Assembly (NCBI RefSeq): GCF_001194135.2
Contig: NC_068981.1
Span: 65,714,941-65,778,940 of the forward strand
DNA from: Octopus bimaculoides
Lineage: Eukaryota
DNA length: 64,000 nucleotides
Direction: 5' to 3'
The notes under the pieces were generated by a model. It ran no database searches. It worked only from the letters and a program-made list of their open reading frames with translations, and was not told where the DNA came from. The position numbers were made by a program, and so were the translations under genes. Below are positions 24,836-37,201 of the stretch, piece by piece (within the stretch, counting starts at the first letter, position 1; every line of letters begins with the position of its first letter).

Positions 24836-25318
24836 CTTTGTAAATTTTAACAATACAATGTATAAGAACTACAGTCAGCTAGCCAAGGCTGTAGCCTTTT
24901 TACTTGTCTGCCAAACAAGCAAGAGTTTGTACTATGACACAGATACTGCACTGAATTTATGGCTAAAATACCTAACTCTCAGGTGACCTTGTCTTCTTAG
25001 CTGCAGGAAAACTTACGATATGATTACTTAATAAATCTGTTAAGATTGTAGTTACAATCTTACCATGGATAAAGCATGGAGAAAGATAGATTCTACTAAA
25101 TTGATTTACTCTAAATACATTAAATGAAGACAATATGTCCAAATGACTCCACAGGTAGGAGTCTTGGATAACTTCTATATACTCTGGAGCTATGATGTAT
25201 CTCATGGTATGCATTATTTTAACTGCATAAAGTACAGGGAGATAACTGGTACAAATCCATTGAAGGTTTTGGAGAGAGGCTCAGGGATGGGAGAGGTGGA
25301 CTCAGTCAATGCTTAGAT

Positions 25319-25612
25319 CAGGCCTGGTTAATTCGGATTACATTGCGGGCCACTTTAATCACAGAAAGTTTTTTGAGGGATGCTTGTATACTTTATGCAC
25401 TGATAGTCAAATAATCAAATTACAGAATCAAGAATTTTTCATTCTTTTCATTTCTTTAAAATTATAAAATTGTAGGCTAGCTTTATTGCCATTTATAAAT
25501 TTTAAATTTATTTGAAAACAAATGTTTTACACAAACAATTTTATTTTGAAATTAAACACAATACTTCAAGAAAGTAACAAGCGGGCCATGGGCCTCAGGT
25601 TGGCCAACCCTG
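25319..25612. mobile_element. hAT-superfamily MITE, 294 bp
   Basis: Perfect 8-bp TSD GCTTAGAT (25311-25318, 25613-25620); imperfect TIRs CAGGCCTGGTTAA / TTGGCCAACCCTG. Confidence 0.8.
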
Positions 25613-25744
25613 GCTTAGATCATAAGAGGAACAGAAATAGTGGAGAAAAGTAACTAGAAGTTGTATTTAATACCCACATTCACACGCACAGATGACTTCA
25701 TTCTGTTAAAATGATTAGTTGCCACCTACTGTGTGACACCTCAA

Positions 25745-25985
25745 CTTATATATTTATTTCTTTATTGCCCACAGGGGTCTAAACATAGAGGGGACAAACA
25801 AGGACAGACAAAGGGATTAAGTCGATTACATCACTCCCCAGTGTATAACAGGTATTTATTTAAGCAACCCCGAAAGGATGAAAGGCAAAGTCAACCTCAG
25901 TGGAATTTGAACTCAAAACGTAATAGCAGACGAAATATCGCTAAGCATTTCACCTGGTGTGCTAATGATTCTGCCAGCTCGCCAC
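25745..25985 (-). mobile_element. SINE (GCCTTTCATCC family)
   Basis: Reverse complement GGTGGCGAGCTGGCAGAATCATTAGCAC...GAGTTCAAATTCC...TTTGCCTTTCATCCTTTCGGGG. Confidence 0.8.
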
Positions 25986-26439
25986 CCTAACCTCAACTTA
26001 TATATTGTTAAAGATTACTTCCTTCAGATGTAATACAGAAAACCTTCTACTAATTTGCATAAAATAAAAATATATTATCATCATTTATTTTCTCAGTCCA
26101 ATATTCATTGGAGGGTAGTGGGGTAGAGTCCTCAGGCAACTGTCTTAACACTTTTCCACTGGATTCCCAAACATCACCAACTGAGACTATGGATATTATC
26201 CAACCATTTTGTTCTTAGTCAACCCATTAGTCTCCTGTCAGTTGGTTTGGCTTGAAGAATCCATCTTGTGATCCTGTCCTACAACGTTCTAATCACAAGC
26301 CCATAGTACTGGAGATGTGATCTGACAATGCAGAGAAGTAGCAACTCAACCTGGAGAAACTTCATAATGTCAGAGCTATGCTCCCTATCAAATAATGTTA
26401 TTCCAGAGATTCTTCAGAGGAAGTTAATTTTATTTACTT

Positions 26440-26800
26440 GTATTCATAATTGTACTCTTTAAGGCATTGGCACTCCATCAATTATGACAATAAGGGCTTC
26501 CATCTGATCTGATCAATGGAACAGCCTGCTCATGAAATCATCATGCAAGTGGCTGAGCACTCCACAGACACATGCACTCTTAATGTAGTTCTCAGGGAGA
26601 TTCAGTTCTTAGTCTGACACAGAATGTGAGAAGACTGGCCCTTTGAAATACAGCCACTACTCATTTTTACCAGCTGAGTGGACTGGAGCAACATGAAAAA
26701 AAGTGTCTTGCTAAAGGACACAACACACCGCTGGGTTTTGAACTCATGACCTTACGACTGTGAGCCAAATACCCTAACCACTAAGCCACATGTCTTCACC
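26440..26800 (-). mobile_element. OR1-like SINE
   Basis: Head GGCTTAGTGGTTAGGGTATTTGGCTCAC; body shared with the OR2-like SINE (GAGAACTACATTAAGAGTGCATGTG...GTGCTCAGCCACTTGC). Confidence 0.75.
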
Positions 26801-27060
26801 TTTCAGGCATTACTCAACATTCATGATCAGAGGTGAGGTTAGGCATGAAAACCAAAATGTCGACAGCAAGTTTCGTTTCCTTTTATCAACCTCTCCTCTT
26901 CTGAGGGCTGTATACTGAAGTTGGCACATTACTGTACTAGCAACAGCAATTCTAGCATCCAATTCAACCTCTTGTCTCCTGCCAATACAATAAAATAGTC
27001 TGAAAATGTATTCCACAGGTGAAACTTTTCAAAATATAACCAAACAGGAGAAAATGTTAC

Positions 27061-27228
27061 CTGGTTATTTGAATCTAATGTGTCATAGGTTTTCTCCTGG
27101 AATACTTTGTATTGTTCTTTAAATTCATCACTGATTTGGATAACTTGTTTGCTTAGGATTTTACCTTTGATGCCTCCAAGTTCGACCTTCTCAAGCTTCA
27201 TGAATTCAGTTGAGGTTTCCATTAATTT
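27061..27228 (-). CDS. DNAH9: Dynein beta HC exon 8
   Basis: tttcag|AAA; KLMETSTEFMKLEKVELGGIKGKILS...SNNQ; CAG|GTAACA; 168 nt. Confidence 0.92.
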
Positions 27229-27547
27229 CTGAAAATATCAAAATAAAACACAGTAAGTTTTATTTTTTATGAAATGTCTATAATTGATAGAGATGCACAG
27301 TGGAAACTACTAAAAACCAAAGAAGCAAATTGGAATGCTGACTTTAAATAACATAAAATATAGCATTAATTCTAAGTATTTTGTGGTTTGTGAATAATAG
27401 TGTTATTACTCTTAGTTCAGAATTAAAGTCTGTGAGTTCAAATCCAGTCTGAAATATTATATAGACAAATGAACAGATACCGAAGGACAATCAAAGATCA
27501 AAATGCAAACTATGAATGTATATATATGAATATATATATGAATATAT

Positions 27548-27598
<51 letters not shown>

Positions 27599-27799
27599 GA
27601 TACATAGTTCCTGGCTTTAAGGGTATTGCAAAAGGCCTGGTTGAGGGCCCAACTTTTTACAGGGCTTAGAAAAACTGAAGGACCGCTGCAATAAGTGTGT
27701 AAACCTGAGAGGGGAATTTGTTGAGTAAAGTCATAATTAACTGATTCTCTTGTATTTTCTTTTATCAAAAGCCAGGAACTTAGCAGCACCTCCTCATGT

Positions 27800-27980
27800 A
27801 AATGAGGCAATGACTAGTGACCGAGACCTTTGGAAATATGCTGTGCGTGAGAAGACCCGGCAAGACAAGTGAGACTATAACCCATGGCCTTTACCAGGGG
27901 TGTAGCCAACCCACTTATGCGTACCTTTCCTTCTTTGGACACAAAACTCTGCTTGCGAAGACCTGTTGAAGCAAGTGATA
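27800..27980 (+). mobile_element. RTE LINE 3' end plus start of the 3' UTR
   Basis: GAGGCAATGACTAGTGACCGAGACCTTTGGAAATATGCTGTGCGTGAGAAGACCCGGCAAG matches 1-120 on the opposite strand. Confidence 0.8.
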
Positions 27981-28639
27981 GATGAATAAGGAAGGAAGGG
28001 GCGATGGCAAACTTCGTAGTGGGATGATGGAAATACTACAGTGAACACAAAAATCAAACAGCATTTCAACTCTGCATGAGTATGTATGTATGTATATAAA
28101 AGGAAGTCATGTGAATGTGCATGTGTGCGTGTGTGTGTGTGTGTGCAATAAAAGTGGGATGGTGAACATTCAATGCTGAAAAGAAAAATCAGTCAGTGTT
28201 TCAACTCTGTGTGAGTATATGCGTGCATGTACAAGGGAAGTGTGTGAATGTTTGTATGTGTGATTATTATGTACCTTAATTATATATAAACTACAACATT
28301 TTTGATGGCACAGGGCCAGCTAATGGTGTAATAATGTCCAAAAAAATCACTGAAGTCAAAAAGGCTGGTAGACTACAAATAAATTAGTTATTAGCAACAG
28401 CAGCAGGACTTGTAATGAATAATAATTGGCGTATCCAACTCAAATCAGATGTGTTGTCTTGATCACTTTTAAACTGCTATTAATATCCAGCGATACCATC
28501 TATATTGACAACATGTGCTCAGTAAGTACTGACTATACTGGCTGATTAAAATGATCACCTGCATTGGTGGATGTAATATCAATAATGCTAGTCAACTCTT
28601 CAGAGAGTAAACTAGCATATTTTTTATCTTAGACACATG

Positions 28640-28950
28640 TAGGTGCATGACTCAGTGGTTAGGATGTTTGGCTCATGATTGCAAGGTCATGAGTTAATTC
28701 TTAGCAATGCGATCAGTCCTTGAGCAAGACATTTTATTTCACCTTGCACCAGTCCACTCAGCTCGCAAAAATGAGTAGTATCTGTATTTCAATGGGTCAG
28801 ACTTGTCACATTCTGTGTAACACTGAATCTCCCGGAGAACTATGTGAAGGGTACATGTATCTGTGGAATGCTCAATTACTTGCATATTAATTTCATGAGT
28901 AGGCTATTCCATCGATCAGATCAACTGGAACACTTGTCATCATAACTAAC
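28640..28950 (+). mobile_element. OR1-like SINE
   Basis: GGTGCATGACTCAGTGGTTAGGATG head, CCTTGAGCAAGACATTT, GATCAGATCAACTGGAAC. Confidence 0.75.
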
Positions 28951-29047
28951 CCAAACCCTAACCCTAACTGACAGAGTGCAAGGTTTCAGGAGACACAAGT
29001 ATCTTGAGGAAAGTTTTGAAGGAATACAGTCCTTTTTTTAAATTTAC

Positions 29048-29281
29048 CTTCACAACTTGAATTCTTTGCTGAAATTTATCAAATCTATCAAACACTAGAG
29101 CAGGAGAGAATTGCCACAGTTTAACTTGAGTTTGATCTGAGAAATATTCTTCCAGTTTTGATTTGTATTCTTCATATGTATCTTTAAAGCATTCTAAAAT
29201 TTGCTCAACATTTCTCACTTTAACCATACTTTCTTCAATTTCTCCTTTGAAAATTTCAGTTGGTTCAGAATGATCCCTTGC
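29048..29281 (-). CDS. DNAH9: Dynein beta HC exon 7
   Basis: ttgtag|GCA; ARDHSEPTEIFKGEIEESMVKV...WQFSPALVFDRFD; AAG|GTAAAT; 234 nt. Confidence 0.92.
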
Positions 29282-29745
29282 CTACAAATAGAAATATCAA
29301 CAAAATATCTGAGAGAAATACACGGCAGTCATCACTGAATTTGACAGACAACTATAAGCAAAAGTACATACATACCTCCAGCCAACCAAGCATCCATCCA
29401 TTCATCCACCCCCATCCCCACACATACACACAAAATGTACTAAGTTTTGTACAAATTGAAGAATAGAGATTAGCAAGATAACAAACAATCTTCATGTCAT
29501 TATCTGAATGGTTGCATTCATAGAGACGTCATCCTTATGTAATGTATATGTGGTAAATAAATTTGGTGAAGTACATCCATTTCTAAGCTATATTCTTAAG
29601 GGAAGTTAAATTAGCAGCTCTCAAATTGAGGCATTTTGTCCCTAAGGGAGAAATTTCAAATCTAAGAGAAGAAATCTTAACCAGAAGGAAACTGGGAGAA
29701 ATTCCAAAGAAAGATCACCAGATTGGGAAAGAATGTACCTTGTGC

Positions 29746-29777
<32 letters not shown>

Positions 29778-29789
29778 GCACCAACTGAT

Positions 29790-30245
29790 CATGACCAATG
29801 CCAGTACCCACTGACTGGCTCCTGTGTCAGTGGCACTTAAAAAGCACCATCTGAATGTGTTCGTTACCAGGCCTGTCTTACTGGCTCCAGTGCCGGTGGC
29901 ATGTAAAAATCACCAACCAATCGTGACCGACGCCAGTACTTCTTACTGGTTCCNNNNNNNNNNNNNNNNNNNNNNNNNNNNNNNNNNNNNNNNNTAGCAC
30001 GTAAAAAGCATCACCCGAACGTGATCGTTGCCAGGCCCGCCTTACTGGCTCCTGTGCTGGTGGCACATAAAAAGCACTCACTACACTCTTGGAGTGGTTG
30101 GCGTTAGGAAGGGCATCTAGCTGTAGAAACTCTGCCAGGCCAGATTGGAACTTGGTGCAGTCGCTGGCTCTCCAGACCTCAGTCAAACCATCCAACCCAT
30201 GCCAGCATGGAAAACGGACGTTAATCGATGATGATGATGATGATG
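29790..30245 (+). mobile_element. RTE-type 3' UTR/tail interrupted by a short gap
   Basis: GTGCCGGTGGCATGTAAAAA repeats; TTAGGAAGGGCATCTAGCTGTAGAAAC; (GAT)n tail. Confidence 0.75.
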
Positions 30246-30695
30246 ATTATATATATATGAATATGTGCACAAGGTACATTCTTTACCAGGTATGGCATGC
30301 TTGGGTAACCTTTTTTGAGGAGTGTGCTTCACAAGACATGATTCATTATCAGGCAGACCACACTACTAAAAAATTTAAGGTAAGTTTTCGTTAGGTGTGC
30401 CATTGAGAAAGTTCCATAGGTTACAAGTCACCTATGACAACTCTAAGTAGTTAATCAACTTGATAGAAATAGCAGCCAAATCTTCCTCAAATTATACCTT
30501 GCTGTTTTATTAAAAGAAGGACAGTGAATAATGTAGTAAAATATACAACATGCCTGAATAAAAGATGGAATGGTCACAACTAGAATTGGAGAGTCTTTGA
30601 TTAAAGGTCTATATGAACAGGAAGAAGCTAAGCAATAACCATCTACAGCACTTGTAAATTGTATAGAAACAATCAAATATATTTAGGATACAAAC

Positions 30696-30907
30696 CAAAT
30701 TGATGACCAAGTTACAAGTCTCTTGCAGCAAAACTGTGATACGTGGAGCTGTATTGTAAAAGTTGGAGTTGGCCCATATAAGGCAAATGACATGTATAAG
30801 TGGAGGAAAATGTTCTGTCAGGTCTGTGAAATCAGCTTGTTGGATATCAGTGAAGAGGTTGTGAAGCGGTTTTAAGAATATGTTTATGTCTCTTGCTTCA
30901 TCAAGAG
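30696..30907 (-). CDS. DNAH9: Dynein beta HC exon 6
   Basis: ttttag|CT; ALDEARDINIFLKPL...YNTAPRITVLLQETCNLVINL; TTG|GTTTGT; 212 nt. Confidence 0.9.
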
Positions 30908-32749
30908 CTAAAATGATCAAATAATAAAAGAAAATAAACAAAAAAGTTATATGCATATAAACACATACATACATATATACACATCATTTTCACTAGTGCT
31001 GGTTCTGTAAAAAAATTTTAAAAAAGAAATACTCAGTTCACTCCATAAAGCTGTTGGCTTTGCAAAGAGCATCCAGCCATAGAAACCATGCCAAAGTGGA
31101 GACTGAAACATGATAGCCCACCAACTCATCAGATCCTTGAATGGAAAGTATAGCTTGTCTACATCTCTATTGATGTTGAAGCATGTGCACATGCGTGCGT
31201 GCATGTATGCGTGCATGCATGCGTACATGTGTGTGTGTGTGTGTACATGCATGTATGTAGTATAGGCATGGTTATGTGGTTAAGAAGTTTGCTTCAGATC
31301 AACACAGTTAGGGGTTCTGTCCTACTGCGTTAATATTGTCAACTAATGTTTTACACAATAGCTTCAGGTTGACCAATTACTTATGAATGTAATCGGTAAA
31401 TAGAAACTGAAGAAGTCTGTCATGTGTGTGCATATACATTTATGTGTATATGTGTATGTATGTGTATATGTGTGTGCATATACATTTATGTGTATATGTA
31501 TGTGTATGTGTATATGTGTGTGTATGTATGTATGTATATCTGTGTGCATGCATGTGGTTGTGTAAGTGAATTTGTATTCTCCTGGTCTCAACATATTTAC
31601 TGACAATAAACAAAACAGTAATTTCTCTATTAAATACAGTCTGTGTCATATACTTAGTCAATCATGAAAGCATGTCCTGTATTCTAGACATTTCTTGACG
31701 TATTGCACAATCTTTGTAAACAAAAAAAAAAAAGGCTCAGAACTATGTTCAGGCTGTTTTTTGCCTGATTATTGTTTGATAGACAACTGGATTAATATCT
31801 TGCTTGGAAACAGGTGAGAGTAAGCAACAGGTGGGGCATCTGGCCATAGAATCTGTCTCAACAATTCTGTCTCAGGCATGGAAAACAGTAAAACAAGGAT
31901 GATGATGATATATATATATATATATATGNNNNNNNNNNNNNNNNNNNNNNNNNNNNNNNNNNNNNNNNNNNNNNNNNNNNNNNNNNNNNNNNNNNNNNNN
32001 NNNNNNNNNNNNNNNNNNNNNNNNNNNNNNNNNNNNNNNNNNNNNNNNNNNNNNNNNNNNNNNNNNNNNNNNNNNNNNNNNNNNNNNNNNNNNNNNNNNN
32101 NNNNNNNNNNNNNNNNNNNNNNNNNNNNNNNNNNNNNNNNNNNNNNNNNNNNNNNNNNNNNNNNNNNNNNNNNNNNNNNNNNNNNNNNNNNNNNNCAGAT
32201 AGAAATTGAAAGAAGCCCAATATATATGCATGTATATATGCATGTATATATGCATATATATGTGTGTGTGCAGGTGACCAAGTCGATAGTAGAGGTGGAT
32301 GCTCTGAGAGCATAGCTGCAAAAATAAGAATAGGCTGGGCAAAGTTGGTAACAAAGTTGGTTACTCTCCCTCAGAGTAACAGGTAGATTGTATGATGCCT
32401 GTGTGTGAACAGTCAGGCTATATGGCAGTGCATGGGTTGTGATTGCAGAGAGCATACAAAGGCTTGAAAGAAATGATAGTAGTATTGCTTGCTGAATGTG
32501 CAAAGCCTGAACAGACACTGATACTCTTTATATCATTGAGGAACAAATAGTAGGGCGAAATCATGTAATCTGGCAGTTCTAGCAGCTGTAGCAGATGGTT
32601 CTCACCTGTCAACAATATAATGATGAGTGCTTTTATATACCACAAGTCTTTATGAGAGATTCTCTCAAGGTGAATAATAGAGTATTCTGTGTTTTAACAC
32701 AACCCCCATGTTAAGTTGGAGATCAAGATTATCTGTTTCATATATATAT

Positions 32750-33110
32750 ATATATAGGGAGAATTCACAAAAAAAAAAACAACAGATGAAGACAGGTGGT
32801 GTAAACAACAAATGGATGTATTAGTATAATGCTTGGGTATTTAAAAAGTCTTTAACGTTTCGAGCCTACGCTCTTCCACAGAAAGGAACACAGAAAGAAA
32901 CAAAGAGAGAAAAAAATGTGTGTAGTGGCTAGCGAGACAACAAACAGATGTATTAGTTTAATGCTCGGGAAGTGAAGATGTCTTTAACGTTTTGAGCCTA
33001 CACTCTTCCACAGAAAGGAACAGAGAAAGAAACAAGGACAGAAAATAAAGAATGTGTAGTGGCTAGCGATCTATCATGGCGAATTGCCAGACAGAGTGGT
33101 CACATAAATA
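32750..33110 (-). mobile_element. Tandem ~132-bp repeat carrying minimal hammerhead-like motifs (PLE pseudo-LTR/retrozyme-like)
   Basis: Two units (about 32808-32935 and 32938-33069); minus strand CTTTCTGTGGAAGAGCGTAGGCTCGAAACGTTAAAG; flanked by (TA)n. Confidence 0.6.
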
Positions 33111-33123
33111 TATATATACATAA

Positions 33124-33158
<35 letters not shown>

Positions 33159-33346
33159 CGTGTGTGTGATGTAAATTTTACTCTGCTATATGTATTTCAA
33201 CCTCACAGGTATATCTAATTAATGAAATATTAATGTTGCATATATTAACAGTTCCAATATTATATGATGCAGTTCAACTTTTATGAGAAACCTGACTATT
33301 AGAATAACTTGAGAATATTGTTTAAATATAAATAACTAGCTCTTAC

Positions 33347-33446
33347 CAGATACAACATCTTGTAACAAATTCTGGAAAGAAATGTGATATACACTGTTGG
33401 TTCTTTCTAATAGGCTTGCCATTTTCACAACTCTTGGAGCTTGTAG
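33347..33446 (-). CDS. DNAH9: Dynein beta HC exon 5 (not in the ORF track)
   Basis: cttatag|CTA; LQAPRVVKMASLLERTNSVYHISFQNLLQDVVS; G|GTAAGA; 100 nt, phase 1. Confidence 0.9.
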
Positions 33447-33555
33447 CTATAAGCAACAGAACAAAAAAGAAAAAAAAGAGAAAACAATTTGGATGAATGA
33501 AAGCAGGGAACTGTGAGTAATCATGGACTGAAGATGCTGTTTCAAATAAATTTGA

Positions 33556-33660
33556 GAGGACAGAGGGGCAGAGGACAGAGGGGCAGAGGACAGAGGAGCA
33601 GAGGACAGAGGACAGATGGGCAGAGGACAGAGGGGCAGAGGACAGAGGGGCAGAGGACAG
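33556..33660. repeat. Minisatellite (GAGGACAGAGGGGCA)n
   Basis: About 7 imperfect 15-bp units visible. Confidence 0.9.
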
Positions 33661-33780
33661 GCAAGTAGAGAGGAGAAGGAGGAGGATAATGCCGCCACCA
33701 CCAATGACACTGATGCTGTCATTTTAACCATTCTACTGCCTTAAAATAGAACAAACAAAATTAAACTTGACTAAACATAC

Positions 33781-33970
33781 CTGGTCATAGATGCAGTTCA
33801 AATTCTTAAGTCTATCTTGCCAGAAATTCAATTCTACAAATGGAGTTGGATTCTGTCCGTCCTTCAAGAATTGAGCAGAATGTCTCTTTAGGACATCTTG
33901 TATCTGGTGAGACCATTCTATGACAACTGATTCTGTAGAATGTACTAAGGCACGTGTCAACAAGCTATCT
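33781..33970 (-). CDS. DNAH9: Dynein beta HC exon 4
   Basis: tttcag|A GAT; DSLTRALVHSTESVVIEWSHQI...CIYDQ; CAG|GTATGT; 190 nt. Confidence 0.92.
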
Positions 33971-34200
33971 CTGAAATATGGAAAAAGTAATAGTCATGAC
34001 ATCACTTTACCACACCAAAATTTCTGGATAAAGAGTATTTGCCAATAGACTTCAATATTGAGATTGGAATTTCTGTCACAAACTTTGGAGGGATGAAGGG
34101 TGAAATCAATCAATGTAGAATTTGAACTGAGAACACAGAGTAATGAAATTAAATTGATATTTAAATCAGGTCCACTATCATTTAACAACTTGCTATCCTT

Positions 34201-34414
34201 GAAGATTTTGAGAAGATGAAGGAGGCTGTGACAAGAGTCTTGGACAACGTCACTTTGGAGGACTTCCATAGAGCCTTCACAAGGTGTCTGGAGCACTACA
34301 AGTGCATTGAAGTTAGAGGATCCTACTTTGAAGGAGATTAGAATTTTGTACTTCTTTCAAATTAATAAATGTCTCACATGAAAAAGACTTAAAACTTCTG
34401 GAATGCACCTTGTA
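34201..34414 (+). mobile_element. mariner transposon 3' fragment
   Basis: MKEAVTRVLDNVTLEDFHRAF...KCIEVRGSYFEGD*, then TIR-like AAACTTCTGGAATGCACCTTGTA. Confidence 0.8.
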
Positions 34415-34532
34415 TGACTAAATATTACTAAATATTACAATTTAGTAAAGAATTAATATTTGAATATTTCATTCTTGTATTTGGTTTGCAAGTTTCTTGA
34501 TGTCTTTTATGACTGTGATATGACAAATGATA

Positions 34533-34534
<2 letters not shown>

Positions 34535-34593
<59 letters not shown>

Positions 34594-34665
34594 GTATATC
34601 TATATCTATCCCTCTCTCTCTCTCTCTATATATATATATACATATATACATATATATATATATAA
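34535..34665. repeat. (TA)n / (TC)n microsatellite
   Basis: Directly visible. Confidence 0.95.
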
Positions 34666-34864
34666 TGATAGACTGGCAGACTTGTAAGACTACAGTTGGC
34701 CAAAACGCATTGTTCTATTGAGTTGCATCCCTTTATATTCTAAGTTCAAATTCTATTCCCATCACTTAATCTTTCATATTTCTGAGAACAAAATATGTGA
34801 CATGCAGATAGACAATTGCATAAACAGAGATAAATAAAACATGTAGAAACTAGAGTTTACTCAC

Positions 34865-35049
34865 TTAATATCAAGATTGTCAATGTTTTCAATACCAACA
34901 GGAAGTGGTAACAGTGTTTTGCCTTTTACCTGACCAATCACAACATCAACATTTCTCTTGAGGTTGTGTACCTGTCGAATAATGTCCTGTGAAACCACCC
35001 TTGGCCAATGCTCATGGTTCTTTTCATTTGTCAAAATTGGAACAAGTAT
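34865..35049 (-). CDS. DNAH9: Dynein beta HC exon 3
   Basis: tttcag|ATA; ILVPILTNEKNHEHWPRVVSQD...QVKGKTLLPLP; AA|GTGAGT; 185 nt, phase 2. Confidence 0.92.
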
Positions 35050-36346
35050 CTGAAAGACAGGCAACAAAATATTCCTTTTTAAGAGGAAAAGCTTTTGGTT
35101 TGAAATCAGGTTGATATTATTATTTTCATATTTTTTATATCAAATCACCTTAGAGCACATCTGGTTTTATTATAAACCCGTTTTAAAGATTTTATATTTA
35201 ACTTAAAATACTTCATTGTAATAGCTGCCACCATTGCAGCCACAGTAGCAGTAACAGAAGCATTATTATTATTTATCATATAAGTATATAGATATATAAG
35301 ATGAATTTCCACACAGGGGAACAGAACCAAAACCATGTGGTTGCAAAGCAAACTTCTTAACCACACAACCTTTCCTTTATAAAAGAGAAAGGGAATAGAG
35401 GAACCAATAATCAGATTAAATAAAGAGAGAACATCAATTCTACAATGAGAAGCTTTCATTTTCATGGAGATAATTGTGGCGAGATATATTTACAGATTTT
35501 GGTCCAGCAACAACACAAGAAGACAATATATAAGGGGATACCCAAGAAAACTGGAATTTTGCAATATTATTTTATTCACTTAGTTTTACAGGTTTACACT
35601 TTTATTGCCTTCAAAGTATCCTCTATTTGAAACAAAGCATCAGTCCATATTTATTAGACTTAGTGTAGTTTTAAAGTTTTTCAACTTGTCCAACATCATA
35701 ATGAAGAAAGAAGAATTATTTAAATGCAAACTTTGTTTTAACTTCTCACTAATAATCACTAATAATCAAGGAGGGGAAATTTCATCAATTTTAGTTAGGA
35801 GTGAGGACTGATATTTCAACATTTGAGAGCTATTGCTTTAACACAATCCACTTAACTGTAAACATCGAATAGCTTAGTGATGTAGTTATTCATCATAAAC
35901 AGACGCAACACTATAAAGTGTTTTGTTAATTTACACTACTGAATTCTTATCTTGTGAGTATAACATAAAGAGAGTTGAAGAGTAACCAGGTGGAATTGCT
36001 TTAAATACAATACATGAAGGTAAATGCTTGAGAGGTGTCACTATGAGACAATGGATTGTTAACCAAGCCTATTAAGAAAGAAGAGTTTAGCTGCCAAGAG
36101 CAGATGCCAAATGGAATACTGACCAGCCCCATGCTTACATGTGGTAAATTTACAATATAAAATACTAGTAGCACAATAAAATGCACCAAGTCCAGGCTGT
36201 ATAAATAGTTGACAATAGAACTATACAAATCATGCCTATGATTATTTCCATGCAAGAACAACATTTAATATAATGATTTTAATGAATTTCTTCTTTCTTC
36301 TGTGTTTTTCCTTCTACTTAATAAAAATAGATAAAATGCTTCTAAC

Positions 36347-36505
36347 CTCATCAACAAATACTGAGAGATGTTCGAGTGGAGAGTACGATAAGTCACCATA
36401 GAGCAGTGCAGTTCTCAATGCTGTCTCCCTGGAGATTGGCTCTTTGTTTCGTCTAACAAAATAGCAGGACTTTCCATTGGGGGCCTCAGGCCAATTTTGC
36501 TGCAT
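36347..36505 (-). CDS. DNAH9: Dynein beta HC exon 2
   Basis: ttgcag|ATG; MQQNWPEAPNGKSCYFVRR...LYGDLSYSPLEHLSVFVDE; GAG|GTTAGA; 159 nt. Confidence 0.9.
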
Positions 36506-36682
36506 CTGCAATAAAATAATCATAAATAAATAAATAGAGACATACAGACAGTCAAACAAGTTGATAGAAAAAAGAAAAGGGCACTCAACACGCTTTATAG
36601 AGTTTATATTTATTTGTATAAATGGTTTGACTCAGAACTATATTACTTAATTTTTTACAAAAATGAAGAAGATACTCTAGAT

Positions 36683-36965
36683 CAGGGGTTTTCAAACTGT
36701 GGTCCACGGACCACTGGGGGTCCGCAAGGACAAGACAAGGGGTCCGTAGACAGCAAATACTTTTTATGGGCAATTTGATTTTATATATGTTTTTTAATCG
36801 AAATCTTTTAATTGACAATAAACCTATTTGTTAAATACTGTTATATAAATAAATGTAAAAATATGTTATTTTAAGCAAATATTTATGTATAAATTTCATA
36901 AGCGTTTATAAGGGTAAAGCCTAAAATATAAGGGGTCCGCAAGTCAAAAAGTTTGAAAACCCCTG
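36683..36965. mobile_element. hAT (Charlie/Buster-like) MITE, 283 bp
   Basis: Perfect 16-bp TIR CAGGGGTTTTCAAACT/AGTTTGAAAACCCCTG; perfect 8-bp TSD CTCTAGAT (36675-36682, 36966-36973). Confidence 0.93.
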
Positions 36966-37201
36966 CTCTAGATCATTCAAGTGCTTGATTCTGAAAGAAA
37001 TCATCACATTTTTGTGAATCTTTAAGTAAAGAAATTTAGAGTCAAACAGGTATGAAACTCAGAGTAGACTTTCAGGTTTTGATATGATGAGCTTATCTGT
37101 CCATCCTACCCAATGTACTAAGTTCTGTATTAGATAGTGTTTACACTATGTAAAATATATTTTAAGGTAGTGCTCCAGCATACACACATACACACACACA
37201 T

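Noticed and set aside
28590-28610. Isolated CTGAAGA/CTGATGA cores (also about 5270, 7246, 59565 and 61427)
   Set aside because: No paired stem II followed by GAAA and a stem III/NUH site
28936-28958. Telomere-like TAACCC/AAACCC repeats
   Set aside because: Only about 3 imperfect units at a SINE tail, too short to call an interstitial telomere
36499-36507. Tandem in-frame acceptors (CAG ATG CAG at exon 2; CAG GTT CAG at exon 22)
   Set aside because: Common by chance; the proximal sites give the better alignment to beta dynein, and there is no usage evidence
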